A stretch of DNA of 64,000 nt, from contig JBLNAZ010000131.1 of NCBI GenBank assembly GCA_050259615.1, positions 2,646-66,645 on the forward strand. The letters run 5' to 3'. Below the pieces are notes generated by a model. The model saw only the letters and a list, made by a program, of their open reading frames with translations, did no database searches and was not told the DNA's origin. Position numbers and translations under genes: made by a program. The stretch is from Syntrophomonadaceae bacterium. Lineage in GTDB: Bacteria > Bacteroidota > Ignavibacteria > Ignavibacteriales > SURF-24. Each line of letters opens with the position of its first letter. Within the stretch, counting starts at the first letter, position 1. Shown piece by piece: positions 38,909-48,398 of the stretch.

Positions 38909-39922
38909 TCAGAAACAAAACATTAAGAAAGCGCTTTGAGGTGTTACTCTTACACCCGGCATCGGAAAGTGAATATAGTTAAGAGTATTTTTTGCAAACT
39001 GCCAGAATGGTCCGTATAAAGGGAGTTTTTCAGCATCCAGGTCCAGTGCAAAATAAAATTCCATCGGGCCGCCAAGGTTTCGCGAATTTCCGTCATACTT
39101 TAAGCCGGCACCGGCTGCAATCATGATAAATGAAGGCCAGAAAGCCGACACCTTTTCAGGGAGAAATTCTTTAATACGTAAAGACATCCAGTACTTTTGC
39201 CCCGCGTAGTCATCGAAAATTATGCTGCCGACATTATTCTGTCTCTTAACCGGTTTAAAGCTAACTTTGGGCATTAAGCTCTTCATCTCTGGTATATAAT
39301 ACTGTCCTATGTAAAACGCTGTTCCCAGAATATCAGCCGAAAAATTGGAAAGGCTAAAGCCGTTATTTTTATGAAAGCCGTTTTCCAATTCGATATAGGA
39401 CATATATGCCAGGGCAGAAAGTGAACTGTACCAGGTTGAACCCAGTGCCTGCATGCCTGAGGCCTCATAGGCTCCTGAAAATAAATGTCCGAGCAAATTT
39501 ACCGAATAGAAGTGACTAAATTTATTAAAATTTGACAACTTACTCCAATAATCATTTGAAAAATAAAACTTTTCCTTTTGCTTCCACCACGCGTCTTCCA
39601 TATAGTTATGCATTACAAAGCCGGATCCCGTAAGGGCTGCACCAAGACTTCCGAGCATAGGATAGTTTAGCCCAGTATTAAAAGGTTCATTTGGTTTTAT
39701 ATCTGCATTTATAATTGAAGAAAAAGAAATAGAATTGTGTGTTATAGTTTTCTCAGATTCTCTGTCAGCAGGCCTGCCGGAAATGTGGTTTAATTCGTAT
39801 AACGATACTGGGATCGAACTGCCTTGCCCGGGCTTCGAACTTGAAGTGGAATCAGCTGCAAAAGCATAACTGAAGATCCAGGGGCTGAAAGTCATAAAGA
39901 GAAAAAGAAATAAATGTTTCAT
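38909..39922 (-). CDS. DUF2279-like secreted or membrane-associated protein
   Basis: ATG 39922 gives signal peptide MKHLFLFLFMTFSPWIFSYAFA. AWW...FYFSNDYW...NKFSHFYS resembles DUF2279. Confidence 0.4.
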   Translation of the reverse strand: MKHLFLFLFMTFSPWIFSYAFAADSTSSSKPGQGSSIPVSLYELNHISGRPADRESEKTITHNSISFSSIINADIKPNEPFNTGLNYPMLGSLGAALTGSGFVMHNYMEDAWWKQKEKFYFSNDYWSKLSNFNKFSHFYSVNLLGHLFSGAYEASGMQALGSTWYSSLSALAYMSYIELENGFHKNNGFSLSNFSADILGTAFYIGQYYIPEMKSLMPKVSFKPVKRQNNVGSIIFDDYAGQKYWMSLRIKEFLPEKVSAFWPSFIMIAAGAGLKYDGNSRNLGGPMEFYFALDLDAEKLPLYGPFWQFAKNTLNYIHFPMPGVRVTPQSAFLMFCF

Positions 39923-40012
39923 TAAGATCCGGTTTATAACTAAAGCAGGATTAAAATAAAAAGGGATAAGACACCAGATGTATCTTATCCCTGAAATGAA
40001 AAACATTAAAGA

Positions 40013-41518
40013 TTATTTCTCAGGTTTCATCTGCGGGAACAGAATTACGTCGCGTATTGAGGACTGATTGGTTAAAAGCATTACCAGGCGGTCAACGCCT
40101 ATTCCAAGTCCTGCCGTAGGAGGCAATCCGTATTCAAGTGCACGCACAAAGTCCTCATCGATCTGATGGGCTTCCTCGTCCCCTGCCTCTCTCATTTTAC
40201 CCTGATCCTCGAACCTCATCTTCTGGTCTATAGGATCGTTAAGTTCGCTGAATGCGTTACAGATCTCTCTGCCAAGAACGAAGCCCTCAAATCTTTCAAC
40301 CAGTCCTTCTTTAGTCCTGTGTTTCTTGGCCAGGGGCGACATTTCGACAGGATAGTCCATAAGGAATGTCGGCTGAATAAGTTTATCCTGAACAGTTACT
40401 TCGAAGAGGTTATCAATAAGTTTGCCCTTGCTTTCTCCTCCTCCTATCGGAGCCCCGTACTTTCTGCAAGCCTGTTTAACCTCATCATAAGAAGCGCTTA
40501 ATACGTCGATGCCCGTAGCATCTTTAATAGCATCAACCATTGAGACCCTGTCCCATGGCGGCTGAAAGTTTATTTTCTTTCCTTCTATTTCAAATTCAGT
40601 TTTGCCGAAGACGGTATTGCACACATGGGCCACCATTTCCTCAACAAAGGCCATCATCCAGTTATAGTCCTTGTAAGCAACGTAGAGTTCCATCATAGTA
40701 AATTCAGGGTTATGGGTTCTGTCCATGCCCTCATTGCGGAAGTCCTTTGAAATTTCATATACACCGTCGAATCCGCCAACGATAAGGCGTTTCAGATAAA
40801 GCTCGTCGGCTATTCTGAGGAATAAAGGAATATCGAGAGCGTTATGGTGTGTCATAAAAGGCTTTGCAGCCGCACCGCCGTACATCGGCTGAAGCACAGG
40901 AGTTTCAACTTCAAGGTAGCCCTTTTGATCCAGGAAACTTCTTAAGGCTGAGATTATGCGGCTTCTTTTAATAAAGACGTCTTTAACCTCAGGGTTAACG
41001 ATGAGGTCCACATAGCGCTGGCGGTATCTGAGTTCTTTATCGGCAAACTGGTCGAAGATAACCTTATTGCCCGCTTCATCAACAACTTCCTTAGCAATAG
41101 GAATAGGCCTGATGGATTTGGAAAGGAGCTTAAGGCTTCTTGCGTGGACTGATGTTTCACCGGTTTTTGTCTTAAAGACATAGCCTTCAACACCAACAAT
41201 ATCGCCGATATCCATCAGTTTGAATGTATCATATTCAGCGCCGATGTCATCTTTTTTCAGGTATATCTGAATTTTTCCCTGTTTATCCTGAACGTGAGCG
41301 AATGAGGCCTTGCCCATGCGTCTTACGGCCATAATACGTCCTGCTATTTTGACGTTATTTTCCGTACCATCCTGGAACTCAGTTTTTATATCATTGGAAT
41401 AAGCGTTTACGTCAAACTCATAAGCATATGCTTCGAGGTTTCTTTTCTGAAGCTCTTCTAATTCTTCGAGTCGTCTTTTTACCAGTGTATTAATATCTTC
41501 ATTAAAATTGGTTTCCAA
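40013..41518 (-). CDS. lysS: Lysine--tRNA ligase (class II)
   Basis: Motif 2 [20 protein letters not shown] and motif 3 [16 protein letters not shown] 41518 is preferred because GGAGG at 41527-41523 lies 4 nt upstream and it avoids overlapping dacB. Confidence 0.93.
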   Translation of the reverse strand: METNFNEDINTLVKRRLEELEELQKRNLEAYAYEFDVNAYSNDIKTEFQDGTENNVKIAGRIMAVRRMGKASFAHVQDKQGKIQIYLKKDDIGAEYDTFKLMDIGDIVGVEGYVFKTKTGETSVHARSLKLLSKSIRPIPIAKEVVDEAGNKVIFDQFADKELRYRQRYVDLIVNPEVKDVFIKRSRIISALRSFLDQKGYLEVETPVLQPMYGGAAAKPFMTHHNALDIPLFLRIADELYLKRLIVGGFDGVYEISKDFRNEGMDRTHNPEFTMMELYVAYKDYNWMMAFVEEMVAHVCNTVFGKTEFEIEGKKINFQPPWDRVSMVDAIKDATGIDVLSASYDEVKQACRKYGAPIGGGESKGKLIDNLFEVTVQDKLIQPTFLMDYPVEMSPLAKKHRTKEGLVERFEGFVLGREICNAFSELNDPIDQKMRFEDQGKMREAGDEEAHQIDEDFVRALEYGLPPTAGLGIGVDRLVMLLTNQSSIRDVILFPQMKPEK

Positions 41519-41529
41519 AAATCCTCCTT

Positions 41530-43032
41530 TTATTTTCTTGAAAAGTTCGCCAGCCTTAAACAAACCAGATCCTGGAGGTTATCGGCCAGAGTAGCAGGAA
41601 CAATATAGTTATTTACAATAATTGAAAAGACAACGGGTTCGTTGTCTGCAGTATGAACAAAGCCGCAGAGCGATCTAACACCGCCTAAATAGCCGGTCTT
41701 TGCCCGAACGTTATTTTCTGCTTTGGATCTCAGCATTCTCCGGGCTAAAGAGCCGTCAATTCCTGCTACAGGAAAAGTCTGGTAGAATGCTGAGAAAGCT
41801 TCACTTTTATACATATAATTCAAGAGGTCCACAATCTGTCTGGGTGTCACCAGGTCCAGGCGCGAAAGTCCGGAACCGTCAGCCATAATCATATCTTCAG
41901 AATTAATGCCCATCTCCCTCAGAAGGCTCTTAACGGCCTTTACGCCGTTTTCAATTGAACCGAACCCGTATTTTACCAGGCCGATTGTCTTAAGGAGCTG
42001 TTCAGCATAAAAATTCTGACTATTCTTATTTATCACCTTTACAATTTCAGAAAGCGGAACAGAATAATGGGTAAAAATCTTTTTCATTTTGGAATAGTCC
42101 AGGCTGACATTTTCCTCGTCAATATCTGTAGCGTAGCCTTTTATTACTATTCCCTTTTTCTTTAATATATCCTTAAGTACAATCAAAGAAAACTGCGTAG
42201 GGTTGTTAACCGTAGAAAAAGTCCTGAACTCTTCCGAGTTTTCGCTAATTTTGCCAAAAACGGTAATGATATTTGTGCCGCGTTCCCTATAGACGTCAAT
42301 ATCGGTTGGTGTATCCTTAGTTACGGTCACAACTTTATTAATAATAGTAACGTATTTTGTTTCAGGGACAATGCCAAGTGTTGCCTGCTTGCCGGCTTCA
42401 GTTGGTTTAACAATAATATCTATACAGTTGTCATTAAAGCTGATGGCGCTTGTAGAAGCAGAATACCAGTAGGTTTCATAATCCCACGACCATCCTTCCC
42501 CCAGGCCGTTTTCATCGAAGAGCTTATCATCGCCGATGAGGTTACCCGTAACTTCCTCAATACCTCTGGAAAGGAGCGTATCGGCCCAATCGTTAAAAAC
42601 CTTATATGCGTCATCCTGGTGAAACCTTCCTGAGATGGTGGGGTCTCCCGAGCCCTGTAAAATGAGGTCGCCTTTTAAGACCGAGCCTTCAATATTACCG
42701 TTGGCATAAAGGTTTGTTTTATACCTGTAGTTTTTCCCGAGCAATAGAAGTCCGGCCGAAGTAGTAAAAAGCTTCAGGTTACTTGCCGGCACCATAAGCT
42801 TATCTTCATTTCTTTTGTACAGGTATTCCCCGGTTTCCAGTGATTTAATTACAACACCCCAGTTTGCGCTGTTAAAATTCGGGTCGTTGAAAATATCATC
42901 AATCTGCTGCCAGAATTCCGTAATTCTGGAGGAATTGTATTTATTGAATACGGGTGTCTGGTAATTCTGTGCAGACAGAGTGGCCTGCAGAAGAACAAAA
43001 CTTAAAAGAAATAAATTCTTATAATTTCTCAT
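41530..43032 (-). CDS. dacB: D-alanyl-D-alanine carboxypeptidase/endopeptidase (PBP4, S13 family)
   Basis: SxxK (PASNLK), SGLS and KTG (AKTGYLGG) motifs. Signal peptide. Confidence 0.88.
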   Translation of the reverse strand: MRNYKNLFLLSFVLLQATLSAQNYQTPVFNKYNSSRITEFWQQIDDIFNDPNFNSANWGVVIKSLETGEYLYKRNEDKLMVPASNLKLFTTSAGLLLLGKNYRYKTNLYANGNIEGSVLKGDLILQGSGDPTISGRFHQDDAYKVFNDWADTLLSRGIEEVTGNLIGDDKLFDENGLGEGWSWDYETYWYSASTSAISFNDNCIDIIVKPTEAGKQATLGIVPETKYVTIINKVVTVTKDTPTDIDVYRERGTNIITVFGKISENSEEFRTFSTVNNPTQFSLIVLKDILKKKGIVIKGYATDIDEENVSLDYSKMKKIFTHYSVPLSEIVKVINKNSQNFYAEQLLKTIGLVKYGFGSIENGVKAVKSLLREMGINSEDMIMADGSGLSRLDLVTPRQIVDLLNYMYKSEAFSAFYQTFPVAGIDGSLARRMLRSKAENNVRAKTGYLGGVRSLCGFVHTADNEPVVFSIIVNNYIVPATLADNLQDLVCLRLANFSRK

Positions 43033-43723
43033 ATTTTTTTGTAATACTATTTATTTCCGCTGCTGTCAGATCTCTCCAGCCCCCGGGAGGCAAGTCCCCG
43101 AGAGTTATTCCGCCATAATTTATTCTGGAAAGTTCCACTACATTATAACCCAGAGCCTGGAACATCTTCTTTACGAAATGATTTCTGCCTTCGATAGCAG
43201 TTACGTTAACAATAGTACTCTTCCTGGTTACAACAATCTCTTCAAACCTGCCTTTTTTCCCTTCCAGGTACAACCCCTTCTGCATTTTCTCTTTATCCTT
43301 CAGTTCAAGAGGCTTATCGAGGACAACCCTGTAAACTCTTCTTATCTTATTGTTAGGATGAAGGAGGAAATTGGTAAAATCGCCGTCATTTGTCAGCAGC
43401 AGGACCCCGGTTGTATTATAATCGAGTCTTCCGACAGGAACAACCTTTACATGGCTTTTAATAAGGTCCATGACGGTTCTTCTGTTCTTCTCATCATCTG
43501 TTGTAGTGACAAAACCCTTGGGTTTATTAAGAAGGTAATAGGCCTTAGCCTGGGGTTTTACCTTTTCACCGTCAAATGTAAGCGAATCCTTCTGAGGGTC
43601 TACATTATAAGCAAGCTGAATGACAGTCTTGCCGTTAACTTCAATTCTTCCCTGAAGAATAAATTCTTCCACCTTGCGTCTGGAGCCCAGTCCGCATTCT
43701 GATAAATATCTATTCAGTCTCAT
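43019..43723 (-). CDS. rluB: Pseudouridine synthase, RsuA/RluB family
   Basis: S4 domain MRLNRYLSECGLGSRR and catalytic VGRLDYNTTGVLLLTNDG. Other in-frame ATGs occur at 43726, 43732 and 43768. Confidence 0.85.
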   Translation of the reverse strand: MRLNRYLSECGLGSRRKVEEFILQGRIEVNGKTVIQLAYNVDPQKDSLTFDGEKVKPQAKAYYLLNKPKGFVTTTDDEKNRRTVMDLIKSHVKVVPVGRLDYNTTGVLLLTNDGDFTNFLLHPNNKIRRVYRVVLDKPLELKDKEKMQKGLYLEGKKGRFEEIVVTRKSTIVNVTAIEGRNHFVKKMFQALGYNVVELSRINYGGITLGDLPPGGWRDLTAAEINSITKKYEKL

Positions 43724-44360
43724 CATCACCATCCGGTTCCCTAACGCTATTTTCAAGATTTTCTTCAATAGCGTTCATCATAATTTTCTGTTTCTGCTCT
43801 ATAAAATCCTGATCTTTCATAATTTCCTCAATTTCGCGCGGTTTAGGAAGGTCGCTAATATTATAAAGCCCGAAATACTTCAGGAATTCTTCCGTTGTTC
43901 CGTATAAAAGAGGTCTGCCGATAGATTCGGATCGCCCTGTAATTGTAATCAGATTTTTTTCAAGCAGCATATTTAATATATAATCTGAATTTACGCCTCT
44001 AATGGCCTCAAGTTCCGGCTTTGTAATCGGCTGCTTGTAGGCAATAATGGCAAGTGTTTCCAGGGCTGCCTGGCTAAGTCTTCTTTTGCTTTTTTCAGTT
44101 GAAAGAAAACCGACGTATTTGCCGAATTCCGGTTTTGTTGCAAAAAGAAAACCGTTGGCAACTTTTGTGATATTGAAAGAAAGCTCCTGAGAATTGTACT
44201 TTTCGTTTAATTCATCAACGCAGTTTTCAACATCACCGGCTGAAAGAGAGACATCCTCCCCGTCAATTTCCTTAATGGCTTTTATTATTTCTGCAGCCGA
44301 TATGGACTCATCAGAGGCAAAAATCAGCGCTTCAATTATTGAATTATATATTTTCTCCAT
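43710..44360 (-). CDS. scpB: Segregation and condensation protein B
   Basis: EALIFASDESIS...LETLAIIAYKQPITKPELEAIRGV winged-helix pair. Confidence 0.9.
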   Translation of the reverse strand: MEKIYNSIIEALIFASDESISAAEIIKAIKEIDGEDVSLSAGDVENCVDELNEKYNSQELSFNITKVANGFLFATKPEFGKYVGFLSTEKSKRRLSQAALETLAIIAYKQPITKPELEAIRGVNSDYILNMLLEKNLITITGRSESIGRPLLYGTTEEFLKYFGLYNISDLPKPREIEEIMKDQDFIEQKQKIMMNAIEENLENSVREPDGDDETE

Positions 44361-45072
44361 CAGCCAGACTATAAATTACAAAATCGTTAAAATTTTCAGA
44401 TTCCCTGAGCCCTAATTTACCCATTTTAATCATTTCCAGCAAAGCAATAAATGTAATGACTATCTTAATCTTTTCTTCCATTTCCCTAACCAGGGCAATA
44501 AAACTAAGACTTTTATCTTTTTCAATTCTGGATTCTATATAATGTATCTGGTCGTCAATTGTCACATGAATCTTTTTAATTTCATGGACGGGCTCTTTCG
44601 GCTTATCCATCAATACATTCTTAAAAGCCTTCAGGAGGTCGTAGAGTGTAATATTTTTCAGCAAAGTACCGAATTCGGGAGGGGCTACTTTATAGTCAGC
44701 CTCGAAATTCCCCCTATAGCTGAGTTTGCGCTGGTTAGACTCAAGGAATGACAATTCCTCTGTCATTTCCTTATAGCGTTTGTATTCGAGTAAAGCTTTT
44801 ATAAGATCGGCCCGTGGGTCTATTTCCTCTCCTTTTTCATCAACTTCCCTGGGGAGGAGCATTCTTACCTTGATCTGCATCAAAGTAGTAGCCATCAGTA
44901 TAAAGTCGCCTGCCACTTCAAGGTCAAGAGCCTTTATTAAGTTCATGTACTCAAAGAAGTCCCCGGTAATCCTGGAAATAGGAATATCGTAAATATCCAG
45001 CTCATCTCTTTTAATAAAAAAGAGGAGCAGATCAAGCGGACCCTCAAACTGTTCTAATTTTATCTTATACAA
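44344..45072 (-). CDS. scpA: Segregation and condensation protein A
   Basis: LEQFEGPLDLLLFFIKRDELDIYDIPI kleisin N-terminus. TTG start. Confidence 0.88.
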   Translation of the reverse strand: MYKIKLEQFEGPLDLLLFFIKRDELDIYDIPISRITGDFFEYMNLIKALDLEVAGDFILMATTLMQIKVRMLLPREVDEKGEEIDPRADLIKALLEYKRYKEMTEELSFLESNQRKLSYRGNFEADYKVAPPEFGTLLKNITLYDLLKAFKNVLMDKPKEPVHEIKKIHVTIDDQIHYIESRIEKDKSLSFIALVREMEEKIKIVITFIALLEMIKMGKLGLRESENFNDFVIYSLADGENI

Positions 45073-45089
45073 ACTATACCCGGAATACC

Positions 45090-46085
45090 TTAACCTAATT
45101 TCATTTTATTGTGTACTTCCTGCATAGTACTTTCGGCAACAGCTCTGGCACGTTTCTCACCGTCAAGGAGAATATCCTGAACTTCGGAGGGGTTAGCCTC
45201 GTAGTGCTTTCTTTTTTCAAGTATAGGAGCCAGGACCTCATTTATCCTGTGAGCGGCCCTCATCTTGCAGTCGACACATCCTAAAGCGCCCGAACGGCAG
45301 CCGGTTTCAACTTCCGCCGCAGCTTCCGGAGTATTGAATTTCTGGTGGTACATATAAACCACGCATATATCAGGGCGTCCGGGATCGCCTTTTCTTACCT
45401 TCAGCGGGTCGGTTACGGCTTTTTTCATTTTTGCCGTTACTACTTCAGGACCGTCAGAGAGGAAAATGGCATTATTCAATGACTTGCTCATTTTTGAAAC
45501 GCCGTCCAGACCGGGAAGCCTGGAAAAGCTGGTCAGAAGCGCCTCGGGTTCAGGGAATACCTGACCGTACTGCAGGTTAAACTTTCTAGCAATTTCCCTG
45601 GTAATTTCCACGTGAGGAATCTGATCCTCGCCGACCGGGACAGCTTCGCCTTTATAGAGCAGAATATCAGCAGCCTGAAGCACAGGATAACCTAAATGAC
45701 CATAGACAAGGCTTTCTATATTTAAGTCTCTTACCTGGTCTTTAAGTGTAGGGTTTCTTTCCAGGCGGGCAGACGTAACAAGCATGGAAAACAGCAGAAA
45801 AAGTTCTGTATGTTCTTTTATTTTAGACTGCCTGAAAAACGGGCTTTTAACAGGATCCAGGCCAGAGGCCAGCCAGTCGATGACCATATCCTGCGTATTC
45901 TGTGCCAGATTCTCGGTATTCAGATCAGTAGTGAGCATATGATAATCTGCCACCAGGAAGAAATTTTCATAATCATTCTGGAGCTTTACCCAGTTTTCCA
46001 GGGCTCCGACGTAATTTCCAAGATGAAGTTTACCTGTGGCGCGCATTCCGCTTAAAATTCTCTTTTTCGGCATCGATTCCTTCAT
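45090..46085 (-). CDS. trpS: Tryptophan--tRNA ligase
   Basis: Class I motifs: a HIGH-like motif (TGKLHLGNY) and KMSKS. Confidence 0.93.
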   Translation of the reverse strand: MKESMPKKRILSGMRATGKLHLGNYVGALENWVKLQNDYENFFLVADYHMLTTDLNTENLAQNTQDMVIDWLASGLDPVKSPFFRQSKIKEHTELFLLFSMLVTSARLERNPTLKDQVRDLNIESLVYGHLGYPVLQAADILLYKGEAVPVGEDQIPHVEITREIARKFNLQYGQVFPEPEALLTSFSRLPGLDGVSKMSKSLNNAIFLSDGPEVVTAKMKKAVTDPLKVRKGDPGRPDICVVYMYHQKFNTPEAAAEVETGCRSGALGCVDCKMRAAHRINEVLAPILEKRKHYEANPSEVQDILLDGEKRARAVAESTMQEVHNKMKLG

Positions 46086-46206
46086 TTTAACTTTTTAAAG
46101 AAGTAAATAAATAAAAAATTAAGCACTTAATCTATCAAGAAATTTTATCAGTTTAAAGTAATTAACTCATGGGTCTGCAAAGACATTAACTGAAAGGGTT
46201 CAAAAA

Positions 46207-46706
46207 TCAGGACTGGAACAGATAAGGTTTCCAGGATTCTTCCATTTTACTGACCGAAACAGTCATAAACATGATGTGGTTAGGTTTATAAGGTTTCAAA
46301 TGCAGAACAAGATGAGCTTCCTCGGGTGTTCTGTTGCCTTTACGGTTATTACAGACTATGCACGCAGTAATCAGGTTTTCCCAGTTGTCTTCCCCGCCCC
46401 TGGCTCTCGGGATTATATGGTCCACCGTTAGCGGGAGGTCGCTTCTGCCGCAGTAGGCACATTTATACATGTCCCTTTTCAGTATGTTTTTTCTGGAAAG
46501 GATAACTTTCTTATAAGGCATCTGGACATACCTGTTCAGACGTATAACGCTGGGCCAAGGGAAAGAGTTATAGGCGCTATTTATCATTTTATGGTCTTTA
46601 TTAGCAACCATTTGTGCCTTATTAAGCAGCATTAGTATAATCGCCTTTCTGACGTTACATATGGAAAGCGGCTCATAGCTTTGATTTAGAACCAGGACTT
46701 TTGCAT
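46207..46706 (-). CDS. HNH endonuclease, reading frame split by one nucleotide near the 5' end
   Basis: HNH core CAYCGR...DHIIPRARGG...WENLITACIVCNNRKGNRTPEEA. The ORF track starts it at ATG 46632. The same frame stays open upstream and encodes KVLVLNQSYEPLSICNVRKAIIL, which has no start codon of its own. ATG 46706 lies in the +1 frame, across an A4 run at 46702-46699. Confidence 0.7.
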
Positions 46707-46750
46707 TGAGCTTACCATTTGTACTTTTATACGGTTCGAAGACACGCCTC

Positions 46751-46942
46751 CTACTTGATCCTTTTTTCCTGTAAATAGAAAAATAATCTGAATCCTACAC
46801 GTAAAATTAACAAAAATATGGCAAAATACAGTATATATCTCATTTTATCCGGAGATACTGCCCTCAAACCTATAATTAAAAGCAAAACAGCGATAATTGT
46901 AAGAGTGGCATAATTTGAAATTTCTAAAATCCGTCTGTTCAA
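46751..46942 (-). CDS. Hypothetical 63-aa two-TM protein
   Basis: Two hydrophobic helices. TTG start 4 nt after the mnmA stop, with no SD. May not be a real gene. Confidence 0.35.
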   Translation of the reverse strand: MNRRILEISNYATLTIIAVLLLIIGLRAVSPDKMRYILYFAIFLLILRVGFRLFFYLQEKRIK

Positions 46943-46946
46943 GATG

Positions 46947-48047
46947 TTAAAATCCTTTTTTAATTATTCCGCCGGCAAGCACATAGCCCTGCTCGTCGTA
47001 AACAACAGCAGACTGCCCCGGCGTAATGGCACTTTTTGCCTCGTTAAATTTAAGTTCAAAATTGTTTTCATGAGCAGAAATTACTTCTGCCGGGGAGCCC
47101 TTGTCGGAATACCTGATTTTGCAGATAACTGTACTTCCGGGCTTTAGTATATCTGAGGAAACATAATTTACCTCTTCGGCAGAAAGGTTTTCCTGCATGA
47201 GGCCTGATTTGTCCCCGATCTCGATCGTATTATTATTATAATCTATTTTAGTTACATAAACCGGTCTGCCGAGAGCAATGCCGAGTCCTTTTCTCTGGCC
47301 GACAGTATAAAAAGGAATTCCCCTGTGTTCGCCTATTTTCCTGCCGTCAAGTAAAATATCCCCTTTTCCAATATTGTTCACAACTTCAGGGGCTTTCTCT
47401 CTTAAAAATCTCTCGTAATTATTATCGGCCACGAAGCAGATTTCCTGGCTGTCGGGTTTGGATGCCGTTTTGAGCCGGAATTTTTCAGCTAACTGACGCA
47501 CTTCGCTTTTATTATACATTCCAAGCGGAAAAATTGTTCTCTTAAGGCTTTCCTGCGTAAGGCCCCAGAGAGCATAAGTCTGGTCTTTCCCGTTATCTTT
47601 TGAATTTTTCAGGCAGTAACGGTTTGTCTGAGCATTAAATTCAACATTGGCATAATGGCCTGTTGCAACAAACTCTGCATCGAGTGCATCGGCTTTTTTA
47701 AGAAGCTCTTCCCATTTTATTTTTCTGTTGCAGACAACGCACGGGTTAGGCGTTCTGCCGTGGAGATACTCATCCACAAAATTATCTATAACTGCATCTT
47801 CGAATGCTTTTGTAAAATCTACAGTATAATGAGGAAACCCCATCATAGAAGCCACGTTTTTAGCATCATATACCGCATCAAGCGAACAGCAGCCCGATTC
47901 ATGCTTGGGAGCCCCGCCAACTTCCATGAAGCCCCATGTTTTCATCGTTATTCCAATTACCTCATAACCATCATTATGCAATAAAGCTGCTGCCACGGAA
48001 GAATCCACACCGCCCGACATTGCTACAATTACTCTGCCTTTGGACAC
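46947..48047 (-). CDS. mnmA: tRNA 2-thiouridine(34) synthase
   Basis: PP-loop VAMSGGVDSSVAA, and catalytic Cys regions NPCVVCN and EICFV. Confidence 0.93.
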   Translation of the reverse strand: MSKGRVIVAMSGGVDSSVAAALLHNDGYEVIGITMKTWGFMEVGGAPKHESGCCSLDAVYDAKNVASMMGFPHYTVDFTKAFEDAVIDNFVDEYLHGRTPNPCVVCNRKIKWEELLKKADALDAEFVATGHYANVEFNAQTNRYCLKNSKDNGKDQTYALWGLTQESLKRTIFPLGMYNKSEVRQLAEKFRLKTASKPDSQEICFVADNNYERFLREKAPEVVNNIGKGDILLDGRKIGEHRGIPFYTVGQRKGLGIALGRPVYVTKIDYNNNTIEIGDKSGLMQENLSAEEVNYVSSDILKPGSTVICKIRYSDKGSPAEVISAHENNFELKFNEAKSAITPGQSAVVYDEQGYVLAGGIIKKGF

Positions 48048-48322
48048 ATCGATACCCTTTCAGTTCTGTTATATTTAAATATTCAACGTTTAATATAGAT
48101 AAATAGTTTTGGAAATTCTATGGAAAATGGGCGCCTGAAAATGCACTAATAAAATCAAAATAAAATCCGAAGATCTTTATGGATCATTTAGGTTCATAAA
48201 AGCCTGAATTTCAGATTTGCCGGGAAGAAGGGTCAAATGCCGGAATGTAAGTCAGGTCAGTATACAAAACAGAAATTTAATTATCAATGTTTTTTTTAGA
48301 AAATCTTTGACCTCTGCTTTGC

Positions 48323-48351
48323 TTGACTGTGCTGAAAATATTATCTAAAAT
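48323..48351 (+). promoter_or_regulatory. Sigma70-like promoter candidate for the 48.4-54.8 kb operon
   Basis: TTGACT (48323-48328), a 17-nt spacer, then TAAAAT (48346-51), about 48 nt upstream of ATG 48399. Confidence 0.4.
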
Positions 48352-48398
48352 GCCTATGAAAAAAATCAATGCCTTTACTGCACTAAGACAGGTAATCT

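Noticed and set aside
41519-41563. 15-codon N-terminal extension of lysS starting at TTG 41563.
   Set aside because: It overlaps the dacB 3' end and has no SD. An in-frame TTG at 41518 lies 4 nt after a GGAGG.
45604-45620. parS-like half site atttccacgtgaggaat. Other CACGTG cores occur at about 3675, 33775 and 55810.
   Set aside because: None forms the 16-bp palindrome TGTTNCACGTGAAACA. The right half-sites do not match, and all lie inside coding regions.
48048-48398. AT-rich 351-bp divergent region at a - to + strand switch, considered as a possible oriC.
   Set aside because: It has no cluster of DnaA boxes (TTATCCACA or close variants), and no dnaA, dnaN or gyrB nearby. A divergent promoter region explains it. 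The 26-codon uORF at 48350-48430 overlaps the predicted -10 element and would not be transcribed.
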